DNA of 42,822 nt from Octopus bimaculoides (GCF_001194135.2 NC_068982.1:22156612-22199433); one strand, 5' to 3'. Counted from the first letter of the stretch, positions 22,825 through 35,732 are shown. A program made the numbers and translations. Notes: generated by a model not told the origin, from the sequence alone.

Positions 22825-22908
<84 letters not shown>
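22825..22908. repeat. (CA)n microsatellite
   Basis: Direct reading. Confidence 0.95.
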
Positions 22909-22910
<2 letters not shown>

Positions 22911-23273
22911 ATATATATATATATGCGTGTGTGTCTTTTTACGTGTCCATATATTTCTAAACACGTGTGAATGTGTGCATGTGAGTATATTTGTGTGTGA
23001 ATATGTGCACCTTTTAGAGTACTTCCCGATCAATTCTTCAGAAAAGCAGCGGCACCCGTCTTGTAAGATTGGTATATCAATGACTATATTACTCTACCCT
23101 CCAAATGATGAATCATGTATTATATTTGTATTTTATTATAATTGTATTTTCCTTCTCTTTATAACAGAATCAGCAACTCGATTGTACACATACACACATA
23201 GACAATCACGTATACAGAAATATACCTATACATATACATATGTGTGTGTGTTACTATACCCAAAGAGAGAGAG

Positions 23274-23316
<43 letters not shown>

Positions 23317-24780
23317 GCTCACTCAATTTGTCTCTCTCTTTCTTTCTCACTCTGCCCCTCTCTCTCTCTATCTCTCTCTCTATCACTCTCTCTCTCTCTA
23401 TCACTCTCTCTCTCATTCATTCTGCCTCTCGCTCTCATTCCCTCTATCTCTCTCTTTCTCACACGCACGCGCGCGCGCATACATTCGCGTACAGACACAT
23501 ACAAAGCCGGCATCGAAATATTTTATTTCCTATTTCTTTTGGAGTGACGAATATACAAACAAGGCGTTTATTTCATTTTAGTGGAAGAAGACATATTGAG
23601 GAATCGTAGAATTTTGAAGCTTAGCAAGAAAGATGTATGCGCCTGGCGAAATCCTGGTTACATAGGATTTCCTCACATCACTGCACATAATTAAATGATA
23701 TAAGGAAAATTGATTGGAAAATAACTTGGGCGGTCCATAATCTATAAAGCATGTTAGCTGATCTGAAAACAGAGTAAATGGAAATAACGCATCGGTTTAG
23801 AAAGCTTCAGTCTTTCAGTAATGCATTTAAAGATATAGGTTAATCAGTTTTACACTGAACTGATGATTACTAAGAAGAAAGAAAACCAAATCAAAAAAAA
23901 TCAATGATTTGTGAAATGTCGCAATTTATTGGATGCCATAACGGAAGCAGTCAATTTTGCATGGATCATTTCTTTCATTGTTTGTTGTTCTTTTCTTCAT
24001 ACTTCTTCTTACTATTATCGTTATTCTTGTGGCTGTTGGTTTCGTCTTGTTGCGATGATGTTGGGGTGGATGGCTGCGGTAGGGTGGGGGTTCTCGTTGT
24101 TATTGTCTTTTTCTACAATTATTTTTAATTTGAATATTTTCTCTTCTGTACAATTTTTGACTTTCTTTGGATTGTTGCTTTTTTTTCTGTTATTTTTGTT
24201 TTGTTTTGTTTTTTGTTTTGTTTTTTGTTTTTGTTTTTTTTTTGTTTTTTTCAATATTTCTTATTTGGTTTTATTGTTTGTCGTTTTTAATTCAACTTCA
24301 CAAAGATATGTTAATCCAATCTATGAAGTTCTCTTCCAAAACTCTTAAGGGGCTGTCAACCTTAAAAACAAGTACTGAACATCAATTACTCGCACGGNNN
24401 NNNNNNNNNNNNNNNNNNNNNNNNNNNNNNNNNNNNNNNNNNNNNNNNNNNNNNNNNNNNNNNNNNNNNNNNNNNNNNNNNNNNNNNNNNNNNNNNNNNN
24501 NNNNNNNNNNNNNNNNNNNNNNNNNNNNNNNNNNNNNNNNNNNNNNNNNNNNNNNNNNNNNNNNNNNNNNNNNNNNNNNNNNNNNNNNNNNNNNNNNNNN
24601 NNNNNNNNNNNNNNNNNNNNNNNNNNNNNNNNNNNNNNNNNNNNNNNNNNNNNNNNNNNNNNNNNNNNNNNNNNNNNNNNNNNNNNNNNNNNNNNNNNNN
24701 NNNNNNNNNNNNNNNNNNNNNNNNTATATATATACATATATATACTTAGACATATATTTGTGCATGTATATATAGATATG

Positions 24781-24814
<34 letters not shown>

Positions 24815-24854
24815 CACGTATATTCTTATACATTCATATACATATGTGTAGGAG

Positions 24855-24890
<36 letters not shown>

Positions 24891-24972
24891 CATAGACGTC
24901 TATCTATGTATGTATAAATATATATACGAGCGTATTCTCGTATATACGTGTGTATGTGAGAGTGCGAGTATG

Positions 24973-25028
<56 letters not shown>

Positions 25029-25845
25029 CACGTACACACACACATATACACAAACATATACATACATAAATGTATATGTATGTATGATTATGGATACTGT
25101 TATATATGTGTGTGTGTGTGTGTGTATATACGTGCATGTGAATGTGGTATATATGTATTCAAATGTGTATGAACGCCTCTAAATCGATGTATGGGTCTAT
25201 GTTTCTATATATGTCTATACAGCATTTTCTTCCATCAATTTTTTGTTTCTTTCATGGCTTCATTTGTCAATTTTGAGATATCTTTGTGGTCATATATTTT
25301 ATATGTCTATGTTTTATTTTATTATTTTTTTTTAATCATAACCGTAACGTAGTAGACAGTACTGAGGAAATTATATAAAGAAAAAGCAGAAAAAAAAAGA
25401 TATATTAAAGAAAAAAAAACTCATTCAAACAAGCTATACACTCTTACCCGTAAAACTAACCGGTTACTCACGCTCCAGGCTACATTTAACATAACTTAAT
25501 TTAGTTTTTATCTCTCCCTATTATTACAAGTAGTGACAAAACATTTTAGCTGAACATAGCCTAGAAACTGTTCGGACACTTTGTTTTGTCTTGTCTCAGC
25601 TAACCAACTTAACACTTAGTTTCTACTAGCCTTATTGAAAAATCAATATGTTGACAACAGTTGTTTGGCAACAGCTTGACCAAACTCTTCCTTTTATCGA
25701 TTTGTTTATCACCTGATAAACGAATCTAGAATCTAGATGTATCATTTTTATTATCTTTCTTCTTCTTGTTACTGTCGTTGTTGTTGTTGTTGCTGTTGTT
25801 GTGGTTGTAATTTTCTTTGTTTGTTTTTCTTGATGTTGTGGCAGA

Positions 25846-25846
<1 letters not shown>

Positions 25847-25893
<47 letters not shown>

Positions 25894-25985
25894 CATTGTA
25901 ATCATCATCATTATCATCATCATTACCATCATCATCATCATTACCATCATCATCATCATCATCATCATCGTCATCGTCATCACAA
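25847..25985. repeat. (ATT)n grading into (ATC)n
   Basis: Direct reading. Confidence 0.95.
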
Positions 25986-26215
25986 TTATTTTGTATTATT
26001 CTTATGTTCTTCGAAGCTTCCTACTTATCTTGCAATCTAGTTTTCTCGTTCATCTACGTAGATTTTGATCATGTGAACCAATCTACATTTGAGGGTTTCA
26101 CTATGAAATAACTGTATTGATGTACCTGTCTATTGACTTCCTTGGTCTCGAGCCAATACATCGTACGTACAAACACATATACACAGAAACACAATCACAT
26201 ATCTATGTATTTATA

Positions 26216-26272
<57 letters not shown>

Positions 26273-26623
26273 NNNNNNNNNNNNNNNNNNNNNNNNNNNN
26301 NNNNNNNNNNNNNNNNNNNNNNNNNNNNNNNNNNNNNNNNNNNNNNNNNNNNNNNNNNNNNNNNNNNNNNNNNNNNNNNNNNNNNNNNNNNNNNNNNNNN
26401 NNNNNNNNNNNNNNNNNNNNNNNNNNNNNNNNNNNNNNNNNNNNNNNNNNNNNNNNNNNNNNNNNNNNNNNNNNNNNNNNNNNNNNNNNNNNNNNNNNNN
26501 NNNNNNNNNNNNNNNNNNNNNNNNNNNNNNNNNNNNNNNNNNNNNNNNNNNNNNNNNNNNNNNNNNNNNNNNNNNNNNNNNNNNNNNNNNNNNNNNNNNN
26601 NNNNNNNNNNNNNNNNNNNNNNN

Positions 26624-26662
<39 letters not shown>

Positions 26663-26816
26663 ATGTATGTATGTATGTATGTATGTATGTATGTATGTAT
26701 GTGTGTGTATATATATGCATGTATAAATACATACTTACAGATATGACCTACATTAGAACAGCTAAGTTATGTCCTACATTGCAAAAAAAGTATTTATTAT
26801 AAAAGTAGGCAAGTAT

Positions 26817-26817
26817 A

Positions 26818-26860
<43 letters not shown>
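26817..26860. repeat. (ATG)n microsatellite
   Basis: Direct reading; explains the poly-Met ORF. Confidence 0.95.
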
Positions 26861-26861
<1 letters not shown>

Positions 26862-27051
26862 ATGGATAGGGATAACATTGGTGGGGGATTATGGCGATAG
26901 TGATGGTAGTGATGGTGGCGGTGGTGGTGGTGGTGGTGATTTTGGCGGCGGTGCCGATGTTCGTGGCGATGAGGTTAATGACGATAATGGAGGTTCTTCA
27001 GATGTCTTCGGCAAAAATATTCAAGATTTTCGATCAAATTCTCCACTAAGC

Positions 27052-27111
<60 letters not shown>

Positions 27112-27229
27112 NNNNNNNNNNNNNNNNNNNNNNNNNNNNNNNNNNNNNNNNNNNNNNNNNNNNNNNNNNNNNNNNNNNNNNNNNNNNNNNNNNNNNNNNN
27201 NNNNNNNNNNNNNNNNNNNNNNNNNNNNN

Positions 27230-27279
<50 letters not shown>

Positions 27280-27492
27280 AATTTTCTCTCTCGCATCCAT
27301 TCTTTATACATACACTCACACAAGGAGATGCACACACATACATATAAACATCACACGCACACGCACACACATATACACATATGTATTACATATCACCACC
27401 ACCACCACCACCACCATCACCACAACAGTTACTATCACCACAATACCCCACCAATATTATCAATGTTCTCGTCATCATCATCATCATCATCG

Positions 27493-27800
27493 TAGGCGCA
27501 GGAGTGGCTGTGTGATAAGTAGCTTGATTACCAACAACATGGTTCTGAGTTCAGTCCCACTGCGTGGCACCTTGGGCAAGTATCTTCTACTATAGCCTCG
27601 GGCCGACCAAAGCCTTGTGAATGGATTTAGTGTGTGTGAGTGTATGTTTGTGTGTCTGTATTGCCTTCCATCATCGCTTGACAACCGATGTTGGTGTGTT
27701 CACGTCCCCGTAACTTAGCAGTTCGGCAAAACCTACGAGAGAATAAGTTCTAGGGTCGATTTGTTCGACTAAATGCGGACCTACAGCATGGCCGCAGGCA
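27493..27800 (+). mobile_element. SINE family B copy
   Basis: taggcgcaggagtggctgtgtgataag (box A), ctgagttcagtccc (box B), ggcaccttgggcaag, then ccccgtaacttagcagttcggcaaaa...gggtcgatttgttcgact. Confidence 0.9.
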
Positions 27801-28899
27801 AGACAACAAATAANNNNNNNNNNNNNNNNNNNNNNNNNNNNNNNNNNNNNNNNNNNNNNNNNNNNNNNNNNNNNNNNNNNNNNNNNNNNNNNNNNNNNNN
27901 NNNNNNNNNNNNNNNNNNNNNNNNNNNNNNNNNNNNNNNNNNNNNNNNNNNNNNNNNNNNNNNNNNNNNNNNNNNNNNNNNNNNNNNNNNNNNNNNNNNN
28001 NNNNNNNNNNNNNNNNNNNNNNNNNNNNNNNNNNNNNNNNNNNNNNNNNNNNNNNNNNNNNNNNNNNNNNNNNNNNNNNNNNNNNNNNNNNNNNNNNNNN
28101 NNNNNNNNNNNNNNNNNNNNNNNNNNNNNNNNNNNNNNNNNNNNNNNNNNNNNNNNNNNNNNNNNNNNNNNNNNNNNNNNNNNNNNNNNNNNNNNNNNNN
28201 NNNNNNNNNNNNNNNNNNNNNNNNNNNNNNNNNNNNNNNNNNNNNNNNNNNNNNNNNNNNNNNNNNNNNNNNNNNNNNNNNNNNNNNNNNNNNNNNNNNN
28301 NNNNNNNNNNNNNNNNNNNNNNNNNNNNNNNNNNNNNNNNNNNNNNNNNNNNNNNNNNNNNNNNNNNNNNNNNNNNNNNNNNNNNNNNNNNNNNNNNNNN
28401 NNNNNNNNNNNNNNNNNNNNNNNNNNNNNNNNNNNNNNNNNNNNNNNNNNNNNNNNNNNNNTGTATGCGTAACAAAATTTGTGTGTGTGTACATATATAT
28501 ATGTGTGTTTGTATATGCATTCAAAGATGTTTCTATGAGTGTGTGTGTTTCTATCTCCATGTCCTTGCGTATGTATGTGTTTCTATGTCGGTGTGCTTAC
28601 CTCTGTGTGTATGTGTACGTTTTAGTGTTTGTGTGGCGGGGTGTAGAGATATAGCTAAAATTCGTCAACATGAGGTCCCAGCTTGTTTGCTGTCCGATGA
28701 TTGAAACGAATAAGATTAGCAGAATGACTGTAAAGAATAAGAAAATGAATGAAGTGGTATTTTCTACAATATTCTTTCAATTATAAATGAAGAGAAAATG
28801 TCACCTGTATCTTTCGTTGATTTCTATAAATTATATTAAGCATAATAATACTGACTATTCTACAGATGTCTTTGACTAAAAGTAAGCTATTCGTTTGTT

Positions 28900-30181
28900 T
28901 GCTCATGAGAACGCTTTCAAATCCTCGCTGTGGCCATTGTGTTGAGAATAGCAGTATTGATTTTTTTTGACAAAATTAGGACAAGGTTAGAAATTTGCAA
29001 ATAGTATTACTTACATCAAAGATTTTGTACAAATATTAGCTTTAGTATTACTATCCAGGTAATTTTTTAACTCCATGTTGACACCGATTTCGAACATACA
29101 TTATCAAAGTCGTTTCACACATATCGATTCCATCTGCGTCTCAAACATTGCACATCTAGAAATATTATTATCTGGTGAGTTATTCAATGTTCGAGACTGG
29201 AGGTTCTAATCTGAGGAAACTTAACTATATCTAACAGGTCGAACGATTCCGTACAGTCTCTCTTGTCACCTGATAGTGACACCTTTTGCGCATCAAGCGA
29301 CAAGAGTTCTAATATTTCAAATTCCTAGTTTTCTTATTATTCCATGCTTGTATTCCTTGAGATGTTATCGATCTCTGAAAAACGACCCTTAAATTGCTAC
29401 ACGGATAGGTTTTAAACTAAAAACAAAGGTGACCTGAATAAAGTTTCCAGAATTGCTAAAAGGGCGGTGAGCTGGCAGAAACGTAAGCACGCCGGGCGAA
29501 ATGCTTAGCGGTATTTCTTCTGCCGTTACGTTCTAAGTTCAAATTCCGCCGAGGTCGACTTTGCCTTTCATCCTTTCGGGGTCGATAAATTAAGTACCAG
29601 TTACGCACTGAAGTCGATGTTTGTCCCCTCTATGTTTAGCCCCCTGTGGGCAATAAAGAAATAAGAAATGCTAGTGTTTAATATTACACTTAATGGAATG
29701 GAATAGTCAAGCATTACATACGTATGAAGCTCCTACATTGACGGGAAACGACTATCCAAGTCTTTTTCCAATAATATGCGAAGTGATTAAGTTGGAAAAT
29801 TACATCGAAGAGAATCAAAAATAGGTAAGATATTTAGCTAAGGAACTTATCACCTGTTCTACAATAATGATCTTCGAAATTGCATGAGTCCCACAGTCTT
29901 TTATTTCCTTTAGGAGTCATAATTCATTATCAGTTATAATTCATGTACGTTTATAACCTCGTAATTCTCAGAAACTAGATTACACAGCCTCTGAGATTTG
30001 ACCCATTCTTCCAATATCATCAACCAAAAATAAGCACTATCTATTCAGCTAAAGTTATCTTTATCAGCCGCAGGGTTTGCTAAAGGGACAAATAGAATCC
30101 CAGATACTGTACAACAAAATATATAAGCTGTCACTAGTGACAGCAAATGGCCATCTTGAAATCTCCTGTTAGTTGCTCTGT
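28900..30181 (-). pseudogene. Possible decayed signal-peptide plus LRR (TLR-like) gene
   Basis: Strong acceptor ccttctctttcttgcag, 27-nt leader, aagATGG at 30154. One base restored in ATT-TG gives MAILLSLVTAYIFCCTVSG. Same frame: KDNFS*IDS...INVHEL*LIMN (LxxLxLxxN). Later pieces LAKYLTYF*FS, KTRNLKY*NS and EFEILELLSLD. SINE A inserted at 29461. Confidence 0.33.
29461..29667 (+). mobile_element. SINE family A (A1 tail), little diverged
   Basis: ggcggtgagctggcagaaacgtaagcacgccgggcgaaatgcttagcgg...gaggtcgactttgcctttcatcctttcggggtcgataaattaagtaccag...ataaagaaataagaa. Confidence 0.92.
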
Positions 30182-30378
30182 CTGCAAGAAAGAGAAGGTA
30201 ACTCCTTTTGTAAATACACAAAAGACACTGGAAAATGTAGTTCGACATAAAGTATAAACTGAAACTAAATCTGTGAGATCAGGGGTAGATTGATTAGAAG
30301 TAGCTTGGGAGTTTAAGAAACAACAATCATCCTCGAAATATTCTAATGTTATACCATATATACATGCATATATATATA

Positions 30379-30416
<38 letters not shown>

Positions 30417-30713
30417 ATACATATATAACATACGTGTGAAAAGTAATGCATAAAAATATCTGCCCTACGGGTTCAAATTTAGCAACGATGTGTCAAGTCT
30501 TAGCAAGTGTCTCAATGTAAAATCATTTCTAATAGAACAAGAGCAAAACTGGTCGGCAAGCAATTTGTAAAGAGCGACTCCGTTGTCACTATGAAGATAT
30601 GACCCCGAGTATTGAGCAATAGAGGGTGATTAGAATACTTATAAATAATTTATTTGCAAAGTATACATTTCTAAATCACTCAGAGAGATTTATGCAGTAG
30701 TGATACGATAAAG

Positions 30714-30867
30714 TAGTTGTATGCTGTCAACTTAATGTGACAGTCCCCTGAAGGGAATAATACTACTGTTGGTTAGATCTAGGAAGCTGCACAGCTTCCT
30801 AGGTATAACCAACAGTAGTATTATTCCCTTTAGGGGACTGTCACATTAAGTTGACAGCATACAACTA
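30714..30867. repeat. 154-bp near-perfect fold-back palindrome (MITE-like), bounded by TA
   Basis: Arms 30714-30789 and 30792-30867 (76 nt each) differ at only 3 positions. Confidence 0.95.
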
Positions 30868-30899
30868 GTTCAATTATTTATTTATTGTAACTTTTTCAA

Positions 30900-31357
30900 A
30901 GGAGTGGTTATGAGAGGAAAGCTTTTAGTATGAGGTTTTATTTAAAATTCGATATGGGCTCCGGATGTGGCTTCTTGAGTCGCCCCGGATTTATGTCAAC
31001 TGATTTCACCAGGAACTTTTGTGGGATGGAAGACATTAAGCTGTCGTATTCGCCCTTCAAGCTCTTCCGAAGTCTTTGGTTTGGTAAGGGTGTTAAGTCG
31101 GGACTCCTAGCTGGCCACTCATGCGGACCACGACGACTGATCCATTTCCAGGGGAAGTGGACATTCAACCGTTTACGAATGACAAGAGCAATACGATTAC
31201 AGATTAAATTCTCATATTTTAAAATACGATTACAGATTCATTTCTCATACTTTAAAAAACAAACACACAAAAAAAGGAGATTAAGAAAGAAACTACAATT
31301 AATAAACGATTTATGAATGTTTTAAAATAGGGAGTTACTTTTCAATTACCCTTTATA
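30900..31357 (-). mobile_element. Tc1/mariner-superfamily DNA transposon remnant
   Basis: HFPWKWISRRGPHEWPARSPDLTPL matches the WPxRSPDLxPxD motif at the third catalytic aspartate. A TIR-like end ta-taaagggtaattgaaaagtaac lies at ~31357. Confidence 0.85.
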
Positions 31358-32204
31358 TTGTGCCGTTGGGATTTCAGTCTACGCGAACCAACATAAGTCC
31401 TTAAAACATTTAGCATATAGCACATGCAGCCAACCTTACTAGATTTTCTGAGACTGTATTTTGAAAACGCTTTAAATCTGGTGCTTCCCGAATTTGGACA
31501 TAGATAACCAGTTTATTTGCATGGTTGTGCAAGATGGTTCTACACCTTGTACCACTTGGAAGAAATTTTCCATGTGGATTTGCCAGTCATGTCACCCAAG
31601 GCTCCACTAAAAAACAGTAACGCTGGTATACACGGCATAACAGAAATATGCCTCATGTACATGCTTGCAGCTACATACACCACATGGTAGGAGCTTTGGT
31701 ACAGTTTCCTTCTTTCAGATTTCACTAACAAGAACACAAAGAACTGGCAATACAAGAAGCCATAGAAAACAACCGCTCAAAATGCTATGCTGTAATATCG
31801 AAATCGGAAACACGTGGAAGCAAAGTTGACACATCAACCGCATAGCCAAGCGAGCGCCTGCATTTATTAGAGTATTTATTTATTTATTTCAAGTGGTTCT
31901 CCATAGAAATAAATAATTTTCAAAGGAAACTGATATGCAATTTCGTATAGAAATATTTGAATGCCAAATAAGGGCATAAAATAAAATCAGCTGGTCTTTT
32001 AAAAAATTTTTCTTTTAATACAAAATTTGATACAAGAAAAATCACTTCGTACAATATTCAAATATTCATAACTTTTAAGTTGTAGATATTATAGGTCATA
32101 AAACCATTGAAAATGTGTGTGAGTGTGTGCATATATACATATATACATACATATATGTATAAATGTAAGATCTTATTTTACACATACACACACATATATA
32201 TACA

Positions 32205-32238
<34 letters not shown>

Positions 32239-33241
32239 TGTATATNNNNNNNNNNNNNNNNNNNNNNNNNNNNNNNNNNNNNNNNNNNNNNNNNNNNNNN
32301 NNNNNNNNNNNNNNNNNNNNNNNNNNNNNNNNNNNNNNNNNNNNNNNNNNNNNNNNNNNNNNNNNNNNNNNNNNNNNNNNNNNNNNNNNNNNNNNNNNNN
32401 NNNNNNNNNNNNNNNNNNNNNNNNNNNNNNNNNNNNNNNNNNNNNNNNNNNNNNNNNNNNNNNNNNNNNNNNNNNNNNNNNNNNNNNNNNNNNNNNNNNN
32501 NNNNNNNNNNNNNNNNNNNNNNNNNNNNNNNNNNNNNNNNNNNNNNNNNNNNNNNNNNNNNNNNNNNNNNNNNNNNNNNNNNNNNNNNNNNNNNNNNNNN
32601 NNNNNNNNNNNNNNNNNNNNNNNNNNNNNNNNNNNNNNNNNNNNNNNNNNNNNNNNNNNNNNNNNNNNNNNNNNNNNNNNNNNNNNNNNNNNNNNNNNNN
32701 NNNNNNNNNNNNNNNNNNNNNNNNNNNNNNNNNNNNNNNNNNNNNNNNNNNNNNNNNNNNNNNNNNNNNNNNNNNNNNNNNNNNNNNNNNNNNNNNNNNN
32801 NNNNNNNNNNNNNNNNNNNNNNNNNNNNNNNNNNNNNNNNNNNNNNNNNNNNNNNNNNNNNNNNNNNNNNNNNNNNNNNNNNNNNNNNNNNNNNNNNNNN
32901 NNNNNNNNNNNNNNNNNNNNNNNNNNNNNNNNNNNNNNNNNNNNNNNNNNNNNNNNNNNNNNNNNNNNNNNNNNNNNNNNNNNNNNNNNNNNNNNNNNNN
33001 NNNNNNNNNNNNNNNNNNNNNNNNNNNNNNNNNNNNNNNNNNNNNNNNNNNNNNNNNNNNNNNNNNNNNNNNNNNNNNNNNNNNNNNNNNNNNNNNNNNN
33101 NNNNNNNNNNNNNNNNNNNNNNNNNNNNNNNNNNNNATTGAATATGATTTTATTTCGTACTTTGATAAAAATTAAGATATTTGATAGATTTCGGAATTAC
33201 GTAATAAAGAATGTCTATGTTGCGAATTACGTATGCGGGCG

Positions 33242-33274
<33 letters not shown>

Positions 33275-33452
33275 AACTTCATGTATGCTTGCATGTAGAC
33301 ATGTCTTCATGTATGCATACACGTAGATACACATAGATTTATAGATTTATATATTGCTGTTGTTGTGTGTGTAGGTGTACATGTGTGTGTGTATGTGTGT
33401 ATGTGTGTGTGTGTGTGTGAGTGCCTTTTTCTTTCGTGCTTCCACTCATTCG

Positions 33453-33487
<35 letters not shown>

Positions 33488-33636
33488 ATGCGTGTGTTTG
33501 CATGTATATATGCATACATATATATATATACAGATTTATACTTCTCTATGTGTATTAATATTTTTATAGATTTAATAAATAAATATATCTATATACACAG
33601 ATATGCACATACAAATATATGTACATTTATATACAT

Positions 33637-33711
<75 letters not shown>

Positions 33712-34487
33712 TATAAATATATATATATATATATATACACATACATATATATATATGTGTGTGTGTGAGTACATCCACACACACACAAACCCTCATGCAC
33801 ATAAGTATATGTGTGTACGCGCGTGTATGTGAAGACACACATGTTTGTGTACACATATACATGTGCTTATTTATGTCTGTATGTATGCATAAACGCAGAA
33901 ACCTTTATACATACATACGCAAGCGCTTACATAGGGCTTTTTGGAAAAGGAAATCAACCAGCCAATTCGCACATTATACATACAATCTGTAAGTGCGGGC
34001 TGTAAAATTAGGCGAGACCTTTCGCAAGTTTTAATTGTAACTTGGTTCATGCACATTCCACTGATGGGCCTTTGTATCTCTGTTAAAAACCAGTCTCTGA
34101 ACACAGTAACGATGAAGGATGATAAATAAAGAGTAAGAAGAGTAGTAGATGAAGAATGATAAATAAAGGAGAGTAGTGGTGTGGGACCAGCCAGCTCAGA
34201 GTAGCATGGGCTAGTATAGTGACGGTAGTAAAGGCAGAGTGAGGGGACAGCGTGATTATGAGCCAGAGATTGGAGCATTTGGCTGTAAGTGATATTTTGT
34301 CACTCAGTCAATTGGTTTCTAGGCTCATTTCTGGATGTTCTCTACAATGTCTATGAGTGTTGTAGCGGTACAGCTCCAAATCTGCGGATATCGCTTCATT
34401 CTGAGCCTATCTGAATCTTATAGTCTTTATATTTTGGCGGGATTGAAATACAGGTCGCGCTGAAATGAGTCGCACATCAGTCATCAT

Positions 34488-34524
<37 letters not shown>

Positions 34525-34642
34525 CCGAGGTACTCGTTATTAATACCATAGAGATTCCTTCTCTCCTCCGCGACGATCAGAAATCTCACTTTTACCGTCC
34601 AGAACCTGTTCCTTTGAGTAATGAATGCTTTAGTTCCTCAGA

Positions 34643-35075
34643 TTACTCTTTTACTCTTTTACTTGTTTCAGTCATTTGACTGCGGCCATGCTGGAGCACC
34701 GCCTTTTAGTCGAGCAAATCGAGTCCAGGACTTATTCATTGTCAGCCTAGTACTTATTCAATCGGTTTCTTTTGCCGAACCGCTAAGTTACGGGGACGTA
34801 AATACACCAGCATCGGTTATCAAGCGATGTTGGGGGGACGTAAACACAGACACACAAGCATGCACAGACACACAAACATACACAGACATATATATACTTA
34901 CACATATATACGATGGGATTCTTTCAGTTTCCGTGTACCAAATCCACTCACAAGGCTTTGGTCGGCCCGAGGCTAAAGTAGAAGACACTTGCCCAAGGTC
35001 CCACGCAGTGGAACTGAACCCGGAACCATGTGGTTGGTGAGCAAGCTACTTACCACACAGCCACTCCTGCGCCTA
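34643..35075 (-). mobile_element. SINE family B, full length
   Basis: Reverse complement: taggcgcaggagtggctgtgtggtaag...ccgggttcagttccactgcgtgggaccttgggcaagtgtcttc... ending gaaacaagtaaaagagtaaaagagtaa. Confidence 0.93.
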
Positions 35076-35342
35076 TGTTTAAGACATTTATTTATTATTA
35101 TTTCCTTTTTTTTTCTGTCGCTTGCCCCACCTTTTTGGACCTCTATCCCATGCACCTGTATATAATATTATTACAATATATACTTCTGGACATGAGGCGT
35201 TATGCTTGATAATACTGTTCCTTCAAATCTCGCGGTAGGGAAACTGAATGTTGTTTTCGAACCGCGTTAGCGAACCCGTTGACAGTTGGCTTACTAGTTA
35301 TGGTATTTTTGCTGTTAAAGGTGCTAATATTAATGCTGGTGG

Positions 35343-35468
35343 TCGAAGCTGACTTTGTCTTTCAGCTTTTTGAGGTCTATAAAATACGCACCAATGGAGA
35401 CCTGCGGTCGATGTAATCGACTACCCGCTTCTCTCGAACTTGCTGGTCCTGTGCCAAAATTTGTAATC
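35343..35468 (+). mobile_element. 5'-truncated SINE A copy with a 17-bp flanking direct repeat
   Basis: aatattaatgctggtgg at 35326-35342 and 35469-35485 flanks the core plus tail. Confidence 0.8.
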
Positions 35469-35486
35469 AATATTAATGCTGGTGGA

Positions 35487-35731
35487 AGACAGCGAGCTGG
35501 CAGGGTCGTTAGCATGTCAGGAAAAAATTCTTAGCGGCATATCGTCCGTCTTTACTTTCTGGGTTCAAATTCCACTGAGGTCGATGAAATAGTACCAGTT
35601 GAACACTGCCGTCGATTTAATCGACCTACTACCTATCTACCTACCTACCTACCTACCTACCTACCTACCTACCTACCTACTCCCCCGAACTCGTGGCTCT
35701 GTGCCAAAATTTGAAATCATTATTATTATTA
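35487..35731 (+). mobile_element. SINE A copy containing a (CTAC)n expansion, with (ATT)n tail
   Basis: agcgagctggcagggtcgttagc...gggttcaaattccactgaggtcga...gtcgatttaatcgac(ctac)n...gtgccaaaatttgaaatcattattatt. Confidence 0.85.
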
Positions 35732-35732
35732 T

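Larger units (their letters stand above)
20250..23762 (-). pseudogene. Possible decayed TLR-like gene (signal peptide, LRR pieces, LRR-CT-like and TM-like pieces)
   Basis: Acceptor catttactctgttttcag, ATG 10 nt later (23752): MLYRLWTAQVIFQSIFLISFNYVQ*CEEILC. Then KIQL**NTNIIHDSSFGG*SNI (~23150-23085), QNPL...FYCTKP*AQFLLHISHLPSWSLC (~20910-20780) and hydrophobic MMLFSFFF/VVAVCII (~20370-20320). Interrupted by microsatellites, a HINE-like element and SINEs. Confidence 0.3.

Noticed and set aside
23582-23637. + strand exon-like EEDILRNRRILKLSKKD between an acceptor and gtatgc
   Set aside because: No homology recognised, no phase-compatible neighbours, and it overlaps the minus-strand candidate.
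30300-30358. SKYSNVIPY resembling the tyrosine phosphatase KNRY motif
   Set aside because: Preceded by stops and followed by a microsatellite; no other PTP motif.
31540-31755. Minus ORF with FSGALGDMTGK resembling MFS motif A
   Set aside because: Weak splice signals, the motif lacks the basic residues, and there is no supporting neighbour.
33908-33976. Exon-like segments on both strands (PALTDCMYNVRIGWLISFSKKPY; GLFGKGNQPANSHIIHTI)
   Set aside because: Equally plausible on opposite strands, which shows the chance rate of such signals.
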